Shown one piece after another: positions 11,098-20,125 of a stretch of 64,000 bases of DNA. The DNA lies in assembly GCA_963713855.1 (NCBI GenBank), contig OY970209.1:864001-928000 (forward strand), given 5' to 3'. The position numbers and the translations under genes were made by a program. A model generated the notes under the pieces. The model worked only from the letters and a program-made list of their open reading frames with translations. It was not told where the DNA came from and made no database searches. The first letter of the stretch is position 1. Every line of letters begins with the position of its first letter. This DNA comes from an uncultured bacterium. GTDB taxonomy: Bacteria > Babelota > Babeliae > Babelales > Babelaceae.

Positions 11098-11206
11098 AGT
11101 GTTGAATTGAACTCTTGCTATTTATAATTATATATTTGTAATATATTTACAAGAACTTCATTACTCGAGTAATCGTTATTTTTATGAGTAACAACGAAAG
11201 GAAGCT

Positions 11207-11503
11207 ATGAAAAAATATTATATACCTCCTCTTATAGTGCTTACTCTATTCTCGGTGAGCTTTGCGGCTGTCTCATTTAAGGAAAATGATCAGCATACTT
11301 GTCAAAGCAATCAGGAATGCTCTAATGGTCGCTGTTGTAGCCCATTCGGATATTGTAGCTCAAACCGACATGATTGTCCTATGGGTAAACTTCCTAACGG
11401 TACCAACTGTATTAACAGTAATGACTGCAATGAAGGTAAATGCTGCAGCGAATTCGGATTTTGTGGATACGGCCCTAACTATTGTCCCGGCGTTCAACCT
11501 TAG
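11207..11503 (+). CDS. Secreted protein with two hevein-like chitin-binding type-1 (CBM18) domains
   Basis: Signal peptide; CNEGKCCSEFGFCGYGPNYC fits the PROSITE chitin-binding-1 pattern; first copy CSNGRCCSPFGYCSSNRHDC; AAGGAAG before ATG. Confidence 0.85.
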   Translation: MKKYYIPPLIVLTLFSVSFAAVSFKENDQHTCQSNQECSNGRCCSPFGYCSSNRHDCPMGKLPNGTNCINSNDCNEGKCCSEFGFCGYGPNYCPGVQP

Positions 11504-11696
11504 CAAAGCTTACCGCTCTGAGCTTTGCGAGAAGATTTTTGATAGGTGTGACTTTTAATTTACTTAGCTGAGCGCTTTTTTTCCTAGGAAGCCTAATAAT
11601 AAGCATACCATCCTCATACTCTGCTACCGCTTTGTCCTTTTCAACAACACAGGGCAGCGCTATTGTGCGCATAAAGGTGCCATATTTGATTTCTTG
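11475..11696 (-). pseudogene. Hsp20/alpha-crystallin C-terminal remnant
   Basis: QEIKYGTFMRTIALPCVVEKDKAVAEYEDGMLIIRLPRK is the Hsp20 C-terminal signature; 5' half absent. Confidence 0.8.
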
Positions 11697-12064
11697 TTAC
11701 AGAGTACACTCAGTCCCCTCCAATTTTCTATAGATTTGGCATCACGTCCAACGATAAAAGTCTCACCGTCGGCATTCTGCTCTCGCCAGCTAGAAACGCG
11801 GTATTTAGCAGGTTTCTTGTCATTGATTCTAAGATCATCTATTCGGCAAGCTGTGTAATACCAGTCCTTCGGGAACTCGTATTCTTTTTCGCCGTTTGGG
11901 GCTAAGGCAAAAGTTGGTATTTTAGGACAATATCCCGCACCTAGCAACTCAAGTTCTACAGCTTCATTACTTGTGTTACATAAAGGATACGTATAGGCCT
12001 GTAAACTTTGTAAAGCACTTAGACTGCATATAGCTATAAGCACTGCTATGGTTTTCTTGACCAA
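11660..12064 (-). CDS. Secreted hypothetical protein; last codons read out of frame through the hsp20 remnant
   Basis: Signal peptide ..SLQA-Y; TTG start. Confidence 0.65.
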   Translation of the reverse strand: MVKKTIAVLIAICSLSALQSLQAYTYPLCNTSNEAVELELLGAGYCPKIPTFALAPNGEKEYEFPKDWYYTACRIDDLRINDKKPAKYRVSSWREQNADGETFIVGRDAKSIENWRGLSVLCNKKSNMAPLCAQ

Positions 12065-12127
12065 TAAAAACTATCTATCCCTAAAAGATTCTTGAGTAGC
12101 ATATGATCGGCTTGAATGTTTTCCACT

Positions 12128-12349
12128 CTACGTGCATCCGAACCAAGAGTTTAGCAGTGAGCTAAAAAAAAATTTGTAAATGTTACTGCCAATAAGAACT
12201 GGCAAAATGGCAATCAAAAGCCTGCGCCAAAAAGGATCCCCTTTTCGAATAGTAATCTTGAACACATACGTAAAAATTGCATAGATCAACAATGAGCAAA
12301 CAAGAACACCCACACCAGTGATTGTTGCTTTACACCAATTAAACTTCAT
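12128..12349 (-). CDS. Small two-TM membrane protein
   Basis: Two hydrophobic segments; GAGGT before ATG 12349. Confidence 0.55.
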   Translation of the reverse strand: MKFNWCKATITGVGVLVCSLLIYAIFTYVFKITIRKGDPFWRRLLIAILPVLIGSNIYKFFFSSLLNSWFGCT

Positions 12350-12622
12350 ACAATACCTCTTGTTCTGCAAAATTGTGCATCAAAGTCCAGATTATCTTCA
12401 TAATTAAAGCAGGCGTTTTCTCGTCCATTCTGCTCCAAAGACTCGAGTCTTTTTGACTAATTTCCCGTTTAACTTAGTGGAATGACAACTAAATGGCAAG
12501 AAATTGACTCGATGTATAAAGATACCATTTCTTAGTAGGCTTGAATTAATAAATATGCGATTGTTTGAAAAGCTTAGCTAGAAATGCTCAAGCGTTGCTT
12601 TAGAATGGTATTTGTAGAGGAA

Positions 12623-13039
12623 TTATGGTGTCATTTGAGTCAGCTGGGCCCGATTTTCGCCTATATAACACTTAACTTTATATCTGGTAATCATAGGATC
12701 AGTAGTGATCATGGTTAAGTTTTCAACCATGCATTGAGCTATTAAAATTCTATCAAATGGATCATGATGAATAGTAGGCAAGTGTTCAACTTTTAGGGCA
12801 TGCTCGACTGTTATGGGAAGCGTCTTTAAATCATTCATTTGGAGAGTTTCAACTAAATTGCTTGGTGCTTTAAGTTTACCTAGTGTTTTTTTGATAACGA
12901 TTTCCCAAATACTTCCCGAACTGATATAAATGGCATTGTCAGGATTTTCAATTAGCTCGATCATTTTTTTGGAAAGCATTTTGTCATAAGAAAGCCACCA
13001 CAATAAAATATGGGTATCAATTAAATAAGCGTTCTTCAT
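12623..13039 (-). CDS. vapC: VapC/PIN-domain toxin
   Basis: LIDTHILLW, SIWEIVIK, HHDPFDRILIAQ, TTD motifs. Confidence 0.92.
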   Translation of the reverse strand: MKNAYLIDTHILLWWLSYDKMLSKKMIELIENPDNAIYISSGSIWEIVIKKTLGKLKAPSNLVETLQMNDLKTLPITVEHALKVEHLPTIHHDPFDRILIAQCMVENLTMITTDPMITRYKVKCYIGENRAQLTQMTP

Positions 13040-13263
13040 TTGAAAAACCGCATAAAATCTTCTGGTAATTTGTCAAAGTCTTTTTCAATTTTTACTTTCC
13101 CTTTCCACAACCCAGGTTTTCGTTTTTCTTTCTTTTCTTGAAAGGGAATTAGTTTTGCCACCGGAGTACCAGATTTGCAAATGACTACTTCTTCACCTTG
13201 AATAACATAATCTATTAGCTTGGAAAGATGAGTTTTGGCCTCATGGAGATTCGCTTTTTTCAT
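13036..13263 (-). CDS. Phd/YefM-family antitoxin
   Basis: NLHEAKTHLSKLID..GEEVVI.K.G.PVAKL; 4-nt overlap with the toxin gene. Confidence 0.92.
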   Translation of the reverse strand: MKKANLHEAKTHLSKLIDYVIQGEEVVICKSGTPVAKLIPFQEKKEKRKPGLWKGKVKIEKDFDKLPEDFMRFFK

Positions 13264-13294
13264 TTGATTTACCTTAAGAAGTTGTTTAACAGAT

Positions 13295-13324
13295 AGCTTA
13301 GCTTAGTCGGACTAATTTTGTCAA
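13295..13324 (-). promoter_or_regulatory. TA operon promoter with palindromic operator
   Basis: TTGACA-18-TAAGCT on the minus strand; TTAGTC-G-GACTAA inverted repeat at 13303-13315 in the spacer. Confidence 0.7.
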
Positions 13325-13470
13325 TGATGGCATTTGATAGCTAGATTTCTTCTAGGTTAACATTTGAGACCTTCCAAGAATATTTTATAACAAACATAAA
13401 TATTGCAATTTGGACATAAAATTTGATATTTTAGTTAAAATAGATACAATGGTGTAATTGAAGGAAAAAA

Positions 13471-13962
13471 ATGAAGAAAATAGTAACATTGCTCTTTCTT
13501 GCTTGCGCGATGGTCATAGTTCGTCCTTTAAGGGCTTTAGAGGCTCCTTGCTACGGGCAGACCTGGAACATCACCGCGTGCAAAGCCATTACTACTAAGC
13601 CCGACGGTCAAATAGCAGAAAATACGTTTATTCCACAGGATAAAACGGTGCGCAGCTGTTTTTTATTTGGCTGCGATCCTGTTTATTGCTCTAATTGGAG
13701 AGAAAACATAAGAAGCGCTTGTAAAAGCGAATATGAAGGTGCAATAAGTCGCTATTTTGGAACGAAACCGGAGGGCACGATTCGTTTTGAAGGATGTGCT
13801 CAAAGACCGATGGCTAAGGGTGCTTTGGGGTGGTTTGATTGGGCTATACGGAAAATAGCACCTGACTCTTTCTACAATGTATGTACTACGATCTCGCCTG
13901 AAGATGAAAGCCAGCTTAAAAATTTCCTTAAGAAAGTCTGGAAAAGTATAACTAATCCATAA
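13471..13962 (+). CDS. Secreted Cys-rich hypothetical protein
   Basis: Signal peptide ..PLRA-L; eight Cys in the mature part. Confidence 0.7.
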   Translation: MKKIVTLLFLACAMVIVRPLRALEAPCYGQTWNITACKAITTKPDGQIAENTFIPQDKTVRSCFLFGCDPVYCSNWRENIRSACKSEYEGAISRYFGTKPEGTIRFEGCAQRPMAKGALGWFDWAIRKIAPDSFYNVCTTISPEDESQLKNFLKKVWKSITNP

Positions 13963-14737
13963 GGCGGGCAAGGCCTGCCTCTTTGGTCTTTTTAAAACTA
14001 AAAGTAAAAAGCACAAGAGCCGCAATTAAATAAAGAGTGCTTAGAACGTAGCTCATAGCTACTTGATTGAAGGGATTACGTCCCTCAAGTACTTCCTGGC
14101 GCAGTGCTCTAAAAATGTAGGTCATTGGCAATACAGATCCTATTTTTTGTAACCACGTTGGTAGTACCTCAGTCGGATAAAATACTCCACTTAGCGGGGC
14201 TGTAAGCCATACTGCAAGAAAGACGAACTCAGCCGCTCTCTTACCGCGGTAAACTACAACCTGGAGCGATAAAAGACCGAGTGCGAGGCTTGAAATAAAT
14301 AGGGGTGGGCCATAGAGAATGGTGCAGTGCCATAAAAAACTTGCGGGGATCATATAGAGGAGCTTAATGAGTATAGAGCAATAGAGAAAGATGACGAGAG
14401 CGGTCAATGCGCTATAAAATATTACGCCAATGATCCATTCACAAAGCCGTAAAGGCGTTGAAAAAAGTCCAGTAAGATTTTGCGACCAAAGCTCTTCCAA
14501 GAGACCGAAGCATACAATGATACTTCCTCTATTAACAATCTGCCAAAGAAAGATAGATCCTAAAAGCGCTTGCTGAAAGAGTGAGCCTTGCCCCTGTTGC
14601 ATCCACGTGCCAACATACCCCCAAATAACTATATCTAGAAATGGCCAGAACAAAAATGCGATTTGCATGTTGGTATCATGCAGTAAAAGCTTAATATGCC
14701 TTAAGGTTACTGCCCACGCATGCTCAATACTTATCAC
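13952..14737 (-). CDS. ABC-2 type exporter permease
   Basis: About six TMs, LSGVFYP..LP.WLQ motif, overlaps the ATPase stop. Confidence 0.88.
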   Translation of the reverse strand: MISIEHAWAVTLRHIKLLLHDTNMQIAFLFWPFLDIVIWGYVGTWMQQGQGSLFQQALLGSIFLWQIVNRGSIIVCFGLLEELWSQNLTGLFSTPLRLCEWIIGVIFYSALTALVIFLYCSILIKLLYMIPASFLWHCTILYGPPLFISSLALGLLSLQVVVYRGKRAAEFVFLAVWLTAPLSGVFYPTEVLPTWLQKIGSVLPMTYIFRALRQEVLEGRNPFNQVAMSYVLSTLYLIAALVLFTFSFKKTKEAGLARLMD

Positions 14738-15684
14738 GGTTGTACCTTTTTAACTTTACTTAAAAAATAATCTTCAAGCGTGGGAGTGTCGATTGATACA
14801 GTTACATAGGTAACACCCGCTCGTGCTAGATCAACAAGTACCTGAGCTATACGATCTTCTTGAGCTTCGATTTGTATGCCCTGCTTTTCAAGCAAATAGG
14901 TAAGATGATGTTTTTTGGCGTACCGAATAGCTTCTTCTAGTCCCTCTTGAATGACGAGATGAATATGTGCTTTTTTTATAGAGGCTGCTAAATTAATTGG
15001 CGTATCATCCGCTATGATACGTCCACATTGCATCATAAGCACCCTGTCGCAGACATCGGTAACCTCAGACATATTATGAGAAGTAAAAAGGACGGAAAGA
15101 CCAGTTCTTTCTCGCTCTTTCAAAATAAATGATCGAACCTCATTTGCAACTTCAGGGTCAAGCGATGCGGTTGGCTCGTCAAGTAGGATCAGGCGAGGAT
15201 TTGGCAAGAATGCTTTGACGAGAATAACGCGTGTCATTTGTCCAGCTGACAAGGTTCCTGTTCGTCTTTCAGAAAAGGAATCCATATGAAAAAGTGAAAG
15301 CAGGCTTTTTATGCGTTCATGCCTTTCTTTTACGGGCATGTTGTAGAGCCTGCCATAAATATCTAAATTATCCCAGACGCTCAAATTGGCGGGTAGTTTG
15401 TCATAGCCGCTTGCATGTGTTACAAAACTGAGAGCTTGAGGGCCTTTTTTGAGAAAATCTTGCCCGAAGTACGTGATGTTCCCTTTGCTTGGAGTAAGCG
15501 TGCCTGTAAGCATTTGAATAGTTGTTGTCTTTCCCGCACCGTTAACGCCAAGAAGACCAACAATTTCTCCCTTTTTAATTTGGCACGAGAGATTGTCGAC
15601 TGCCGTAAAGGTATTTTTAGTACCAAAAAAGCCTTTTCGCGTAGTAAATGTTTTAGTCAGGTTTTCTATGTCAAGTGGGATCAT
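14734..15684 (-). CDS. ABC exporter ATP-binding protein (DrrA/NodI-like)
   Basis: GVNGAGKTT, LSAGQ, LLDEPT, FTSHNM H-loop. Confidence 0.92.
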   Translation of the reverse strand: MIPLDIENLTKTFTTRKGFFGTKNTFTAVDNLSCQIKKGEIVGLLGVNGAGKTTTIQMLTGTLTPSKGNITYFGQDFLKKGPQALSFVTHASGYDKLPANLSVWDNLDIYGRLYNMPVKERHERIKSLLSLFHMDSFSERRTGTLSAGQMTRVILVKAFLPNPRLILLDEPTASLDPEVANEVRSFILKERERTGLSVLFTSHNMSEVTDVCDRVLMMQCGRIIADDTPINLAASIKKAHIHLVIQEGLEEAIRYAKKHHLTYLLEKQGIQIEAQEDRIAQVLVDLARAGVTYVTVSIDTPTLEDYFLSKVKKVQP

Positions 15685-15758
15685 TTAAAGAGTGTTTCCT
15701 GGCAATGAAAGTTTTCATGCTAGTATACACTATTGTTCTGCGTTGGCCTAGTAAGAGC

Positions 15759-15780
15759 AAAGGAGCTTTAAAGCTCCTTT
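15759..15780. terminator. Palindromic terminator hairpin
   Basis: Perfect 22-bp palindrome aaaggagctttaaagctccttt right after the stop of 15782..16318. Confidence 0.7.
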
Positions 15781-15781
15781 A

Positions 15782-16318
15782 TTAAGTATTGTAACCTTTA
15801 CCAGTCGTTACGCTTCCAGGTCCCCAACCTATTCCTCCTGAAGTACTTACGCTACCAAACTCGTTTTCGTCATGCGTAAACATAGGGGTTGAAGGTGTGC
15901 TCATAGCACTTAAATCTTGACTCGGAGGTAGAGCCGGACCAGGACCGCCTTCAAAACCCTGCTCGGGGACTCGCGGTACTGCCTGTGGTGGTGGGGTTGG
16001 TGGAGTACTTCTTGTTATAATAGTACTTCCATCAGAACTTGTAGAAGCGGGGCTTACGGTAGCGCTGCTGTCATCGTCCATACCCATATCGCCTTCGTCC
16101 ATGTCTTGCCCATTCATGTCGCCGTCCATAGAATTTTCATCAGGTGAAGGTGCCATTTGCATAGAACCGCCCTCGTCAGTAACTTGCTGAGAAGTGGGTA
16201 CTTCCGGTTGATTTGTTGGACCCTGCTGATTGACTTGCATCGTTCCCGTTTGCGCAAGCAAGAAAGGAGACATTAAAGCACTTACTAACAATGTAAGAGA
16301 TAGATATTTTTTCGTCAT
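15782..16318 (-). CDS. Secreted low-complexity (Met/Asp/Pro/Gln-rich) protein
   Basis: Signal peptide ..FLLA-Q; AAGGAG RBS. Confidence 0.75.
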   Translation of the reverse strand: MTKKYLSLTLLVSALMSPFLLAQTGTMQVNQQGPTNQPEVPTSQQVTDEGGSMQMAPSPDENSMDGDMNGQDMDEGDMGMDDDSSATVSPASTSSDGSTIITRSTPPTPPPQAVPRVPEQGFEGGPGPALPPSQDLSAMSTPSTPMFTHDENEFGSVSTSGGIGWGPGSVTTGKGYNT

Positions 16319-16432
16319 GTCTTTCTCCTTATTTCATCATTTTCTAATATGCATACCCTATCATATAGAGTATATAAAATTTTATAATTGAAACTCAATA
16401 ATTGGAAAGACAGTTTCTAGGATGAAAGAAGA

Positions 16433-16466
16433 CAAGCGAAAACATAAGATCTTACGTTTTCGCTTG
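16433..16466. terminator. Intrinsic terminator
   Basis: caagcgaaaac...gttttcgcttg 11-bp stem plus inner taag/ctta. Confidence 0.7.
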
Positions 16467-16496
16467 GTTTTTTGATTTGAATATGTTTTGCCTTTA

Positions 16497-16697
16497 CTAG
16501 AGGCTTCTCAATAACCGCCGTGGAGAGCCAGCGCCGCCAGGAAGTGGGCAGTCCGGTCCTGCAATACCAGCATTAACCCCCGGTCGCGTTACTCTGTCTA
16601 TAGGACAGCGTTGACCCGCCAAAAGGTTAGGGCTTATACCACTAAGCGAAAACGCAGCTACAAGAAGCATCGTCGCAGCAAAAAGCATGTATTTCAT
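16497..16697 (-). CDS. Small secreted peptide with two Cys
   Basis: Signal-like N-terminus; followed by a terminator. Confidence 0.6.
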   Translation of the reverse strand: MKYMLFAATMLLVAAFSLSGISPNLLAGQRCPIDRVTRPGVNAGIAGPDCPLPGGAGSPRRLLRSL

Positions 16698-16728
16698 AAT
16701 CAGTACTCTTTTTTTATAGTTAAGGATC

Positions 16729-16923
16729 TTAAATCACGTTCCCAATGATTCCGCCGACATCTTCAACCGCCCTACCTGCGTCACTGACTGTTCCGCCTAC
16801 AACGCCCGGAGTGTAATAGTCATAAAGAGACTCGTCATCATAGGTATCGTAAGGTTGAGCATTAAGGCCAACAACTGACCCAAACAAAGAAAGAGCGAAG
16901 AACGCATAGTTTAACAGCTTCAT
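16729..16923 (-). CDS. Small secreted Tyr/Asp/Gly-rich peptide
   Basis: AGGAGG before ATG 16923; signal ..GLNA-Q. Confidence 0.7.
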   Translation of the reverse strand: MKLLNYAFFALSLFGSVVGLNAQPYDTYDDESLYDYYTPGVVGGTVSDAGRAVEDVGGIIGNVI

Positions 16924-17133
16924 AATTCCTCCTTTTAACATAACCTAAACCGTTGGCAAAATAGCTAAAGGCCAGACTCTCGTTTTTCAATGATACTCTA
17001 TATACTATTATTAACATAAAAATATGTATATCTGCAATATTTGATCCAATGAAGGCGGTCATGAAGAGTAGAAAATTTTGTTAGAACGCTATTGGGGAAA
17101 GGAAAGTGGGCGGTTAGATACGAAGTATGCTCT

Positions 17134-17376
17134 TCACATAGCTATTTTTCGGGCACTAAAGGTCATTCCGCCTGTGCCTTCGCTCATTGTCGGTCGTATT
17201 ATACCGCGCAATCCGCCATAGGGAGCGTCAGTGGTATAGTTATGTTGTATTACCGGCCAGTAAGGTAGCTTGTAGCCTCTTTTTTTCCGTAAGCAGCGGC
17301 GAGCGTGGGCATCTGAAGCGATACTTAGAGCAAAAAGCCATACGAGCGCTGCAAAAAACGTGTATCTCTTTTTCAT
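17134..17376 (-). CDS. Small secreted basic peptide
   Basis: Signal ..DAHA-RRCLRKKR; ATGA overlap with the upstream gene; AGGAG RBS. Confidence 0.7.
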   Translation of the reverse strand: MKKRYTFFAALVWLFALSIASDAHARRCLRKKRGYKLPYWPVIQHNYTTDAPYGGLRGIIRPTMSEGTGGMTFSARKIAM

Positions 17377-17678
17377 GCTTTTTGCTCCTTAGTTTTTGCT
17401 GAGGCCGTTTTTGTAAATGTTTGCAACAATTGATTTGCTTGATTGAAGGCGCTTTGTGCATTTTGCGCTTCTTTTTTAGCATCGTTTGCTCTTTTTTCAG
17501 CCATTTGAGCAAAATAGTTAGCTCTTTCTGCAGCATCACGTGCCTTATTAACTTTTAACGTCAATTCTTCTTTCAAATAGTCAGTTGCTTGGTCGACCTG
17601 TGCATAGACCATGAAAGGTGTCATCGCCGTGACTAGTGCACTTTTGTAGAGCATTTTTTTTAAAGATAGTACGTTCAT
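17373..17678 (-). CDS. Small secreted Ala-rich coiled-coil protein
   Basis: Signal ..MVYA-Q; heptad-like ARDAAERA/AKKEAQNA; AGGGGG RBS. Confidence 0.7.
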   Translation of the reverse strand: MNVLSLKKMLYKSALVTAMTPFMVYAQVDQATDYLKEELTLKVNKARDAAERANYFAQMAEKRANDAKKEAQNAQSAFNQANQLLQTFTKTASAKTKEQKA

Positions 17679-17869
17679 CAAAACCCCCCTTGTTTTGTAG
17701 ACGCTAGGAAATAAAATTCTCCTATAGAAAATTTCTATGCTTACGTTACCAAAAGTTTATCAACATTTGCAATACTTATATCTGCGATGGTTAAAAGGCT
17801 GCAATTTTGTGGAACTTTGGTATAGTTAAAACCTACAGACACGACATGTTCTCTCTTAAAAGGGCATCT

Positions 17870-20122
17870 ATGCAAGTTCGCATTTCGCCGGAGATTTTAG
17901 CAAAGTATCCTAATCTCCTTATTGGTATTGTAGCAGCTTATGGGAGCAAGAATCAGGCTTCTTCGCAAGATATAAGCAAGATGGTACGGGGACAAGAGCA
18001 AGCTCTTGCATCCGCTATTGTGGCAGATCAGCTTGGTGAGCATCCACATATAAAAACGTGGCGTCAAGTGTATAAAAGTTTTGGTGCTCGCTATCAAGAA
18101 CATCCTTCTTCTGTTGAACGGCTTGCTTTACGAGTGCTTAAGGAACATCACATACCTTCCATAAATGCTTTTGTTGACCTCTATAATTACATCTCGCTTA
18201 AGTATCTTTTGCCCATCGGTGGCCAAGACATTGATGCTCTTAAGGGAGATATGGTGCTTTCGTGCGCTCAAGCAGGTGAAAAGCCTGTTACTGTATTAGG
18301 CAGCCAATCACTACAAGCTCCTTTAGAGGGTGAAGTGATCTATAAAGATGAGGAGGGCGCTGTTTGTAGGCGGTGGAACTGGAAAGATGTGCAGCGTGTT
18401 CAGCTTACACTTGCCACCCATAATGCACTTTTTTTGGTCGAAGGCGTCGGCGACATTGATCATGCTATTGTTAGATCAGCAACACATGAGCTTGCGGATC
18501 TAATAAAACGCTTTGGTGGAGGGACCGTTACTGTTGATTTTTTGAGTAAAGAGCAGCCCGAAATTACGCTTAAAAAAGGCGGTGCGTTTGTTGGTCTTAA
18601 AGCTCTAGAGCCTTATGGACTACAATTTTCTGTGTATCATCAGAATCTTATGACTCATGCTGAGTCCCTGTCTTCCGAACATTTAGCACGTGTTTCAAAA
18701 GTGGAAGCGCTTTTAAAAAAGGGTATTGACCCGTGGCCGCCTTCAAAACCAGTGAGTGCTACGTGTCACACCGTTATTGAAGAATACGAAGCTACAAATG
18801 AGACCCAAAACTATACTGTTGCTGGCAGAGTGATGGCAATACGCTTACACGGTAAAGCTGCATTTGTGCATATAAAAGACCGAACGGGAAAGCTCCAACT
18901 CTACCTTAAGCAAGATACCTTAGCTGAGACATTTTCTTTCTTTAAAGAGTACATTGACATAGGCGATATCATCTGGTGTTCTGGTTTTTCTTTTCGTACC
19001 AAAACGGGCGAAGTAACGCTTGATGTTCAAGAACTTGTTCTTGCCGCAAAGAGCCTCTATCCTTTGCCTGAAAAATTTCACGGTATTGCCGACATTGAGA
19101 TTAAGTATCGGCAGCGTTATTTGGATCTTATTACAAGTCCTCAAACAAGAGATCGTTTTATAAAAAGAAGTCATATCATACAAAAGATACGTGAGTATTT
19201 AAATAATCATGACTTTCTTGAAGTAGAAACGCCAATGCTTCATCCTCTGGCTGGTGGAGCTGCAGCGCGTCCTTTCGTTACGCATCATAATGCTCTTAAT
19301 TCAGATTTTTATTTAAGAATTGCTCCAGAGCTTTATCTAAAGCGGTTAGTTATAGGTGGTATTGAGCGTGTTTATGAGATTAATAGAAATTTTAGAAATG
19401 AGGGTGTTTCGACAAAGCATAATCCTGAGTTTACGATGCTCGAGTTTTATATGGCATATGAGGAGTATCACTTCATTATGGGCTTTGTTGAAGATCTACT
19501 TCGTCTTCTAGCACGTGAGGTGTGTGGGTCTTTAGAAGTGCCATTTGGTGAGTATACACTTAATTTCGCAGAGCCTTTTTTACGTATGACGATGCGTGAG
19601 GCGCTTATTACCTATGGCAATATGCACGACGAAGACTTGAATACATCTTTAATTGGTAAAACACTCGAAAGATTTAGTATTAAGCATATTCACCCACAAG
19701 CTTCTCACGGTGAGAAAATTTATGCTCTTTTTGAAGCGTGTGCAGAGTCAAAGCTCATACAACCTACATTTATCATCGATTTTCCTGTTGAAGTATCTCC
19801 GCTTTCTAAAAGGGACCCTCAAAACCCGTCTATTGCTGCTCGGTTTGAGCTTTTTATAGCTGGCATGGAGCTTAGTAACGGATTTAATGAGCTTAATGAT
19901 CCTTACGATCAGGCAGAGCGTTTTAAGCAGCAGCTTAAAGCAAGTGAGCGCGGGGATACTGAGGCCCATAACTATGACAAGGAATATATTCATGCTCTTG
20001 AATATGGACTTCCACCTACCGTAGGTGTGGGTATAGGTATCGATCGCTTAGTTATGCTTCTTACGAATACAACTTCTATTAAAGAGGTTATTCTCTTTCC
20101 GACGCTTAAGCGGAAAGAGTAG
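17870..20122 (+). CDS. lysS: Class II lysine--tRNA ligase with N-terminal B3/4 (PheRS-beta editing-like) domain
   Basis: N-terminal PSINAFVDLYNYISL, GEVIYKD, CRRWNW; then OB fold AGRVMAIR.HGK, YRQRYLDL, LRIAPELYLK, FRNEG..HNPEF, GIGIDRL; one open frame. Confidence 0.95.
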   Translation: MQVRISPEILAKYPNLLIGIVAAYGSKNQASSQDISKMVRGQEQALASAIVADQLGEHPHIKTWRQVYKSFGARYQEHPSSVERLALRVLKEHHIPSINAFVDLYNYISLKYLLPIGGQDIDALKGDMVLSCAQAGEKPVTVLGSQSLQAPLEGEVIYKDEEGAVCRRWNWKDVQRVQLTLATHNALFLVEGVGDIDHAIVRSATHELADLIKRFGGGTVTVDFLSKEQPEITLKKGGAFVGLKALEPYGLQFSVYHQNLMTHAESLSSEHLARVSKVEALLKKGIDPWPPSKPVSATCHTVIEEYEATNETQNYTVAGRVMAIRLHGKAAFVHIKDRTGKLQLYLKQDTLAETFSFFKEYIDIGDIIWCSGFSFRTKTGEVTLDVQELVLAAKSLYPLPEKFHGIADIEIKYRQRYLDLITSPQTRDRFIKRSHIIQKIREYLNNHDFLEVETPMLHPLAGGAAARPFVTHHNALNSDFYLRIAPELYLKRLVIGGIERVYEINRNFRNEGVSTKHNPEFTMLEFYMAYEEYHFIMGFVEDLLRLLAREVCGSLEVPFGEYTLNFAEPFLRMTMREALITYGNMHDEDLNTSLIGKTLERFSIKHIHPQASHGEKIYALFEACAESKLIQPTFIIDFPVEVSPLSKRDPQNPSIAARFELFIAGMELSNGFNELNDPYDQAERFKQQLKASERGDTEAHNYDKEYIHALEYGLPPTVGVGIGIDRLVMLLTNTTSIKEVILFPTLKRKE

Positions 20123-20125
20123 CGC

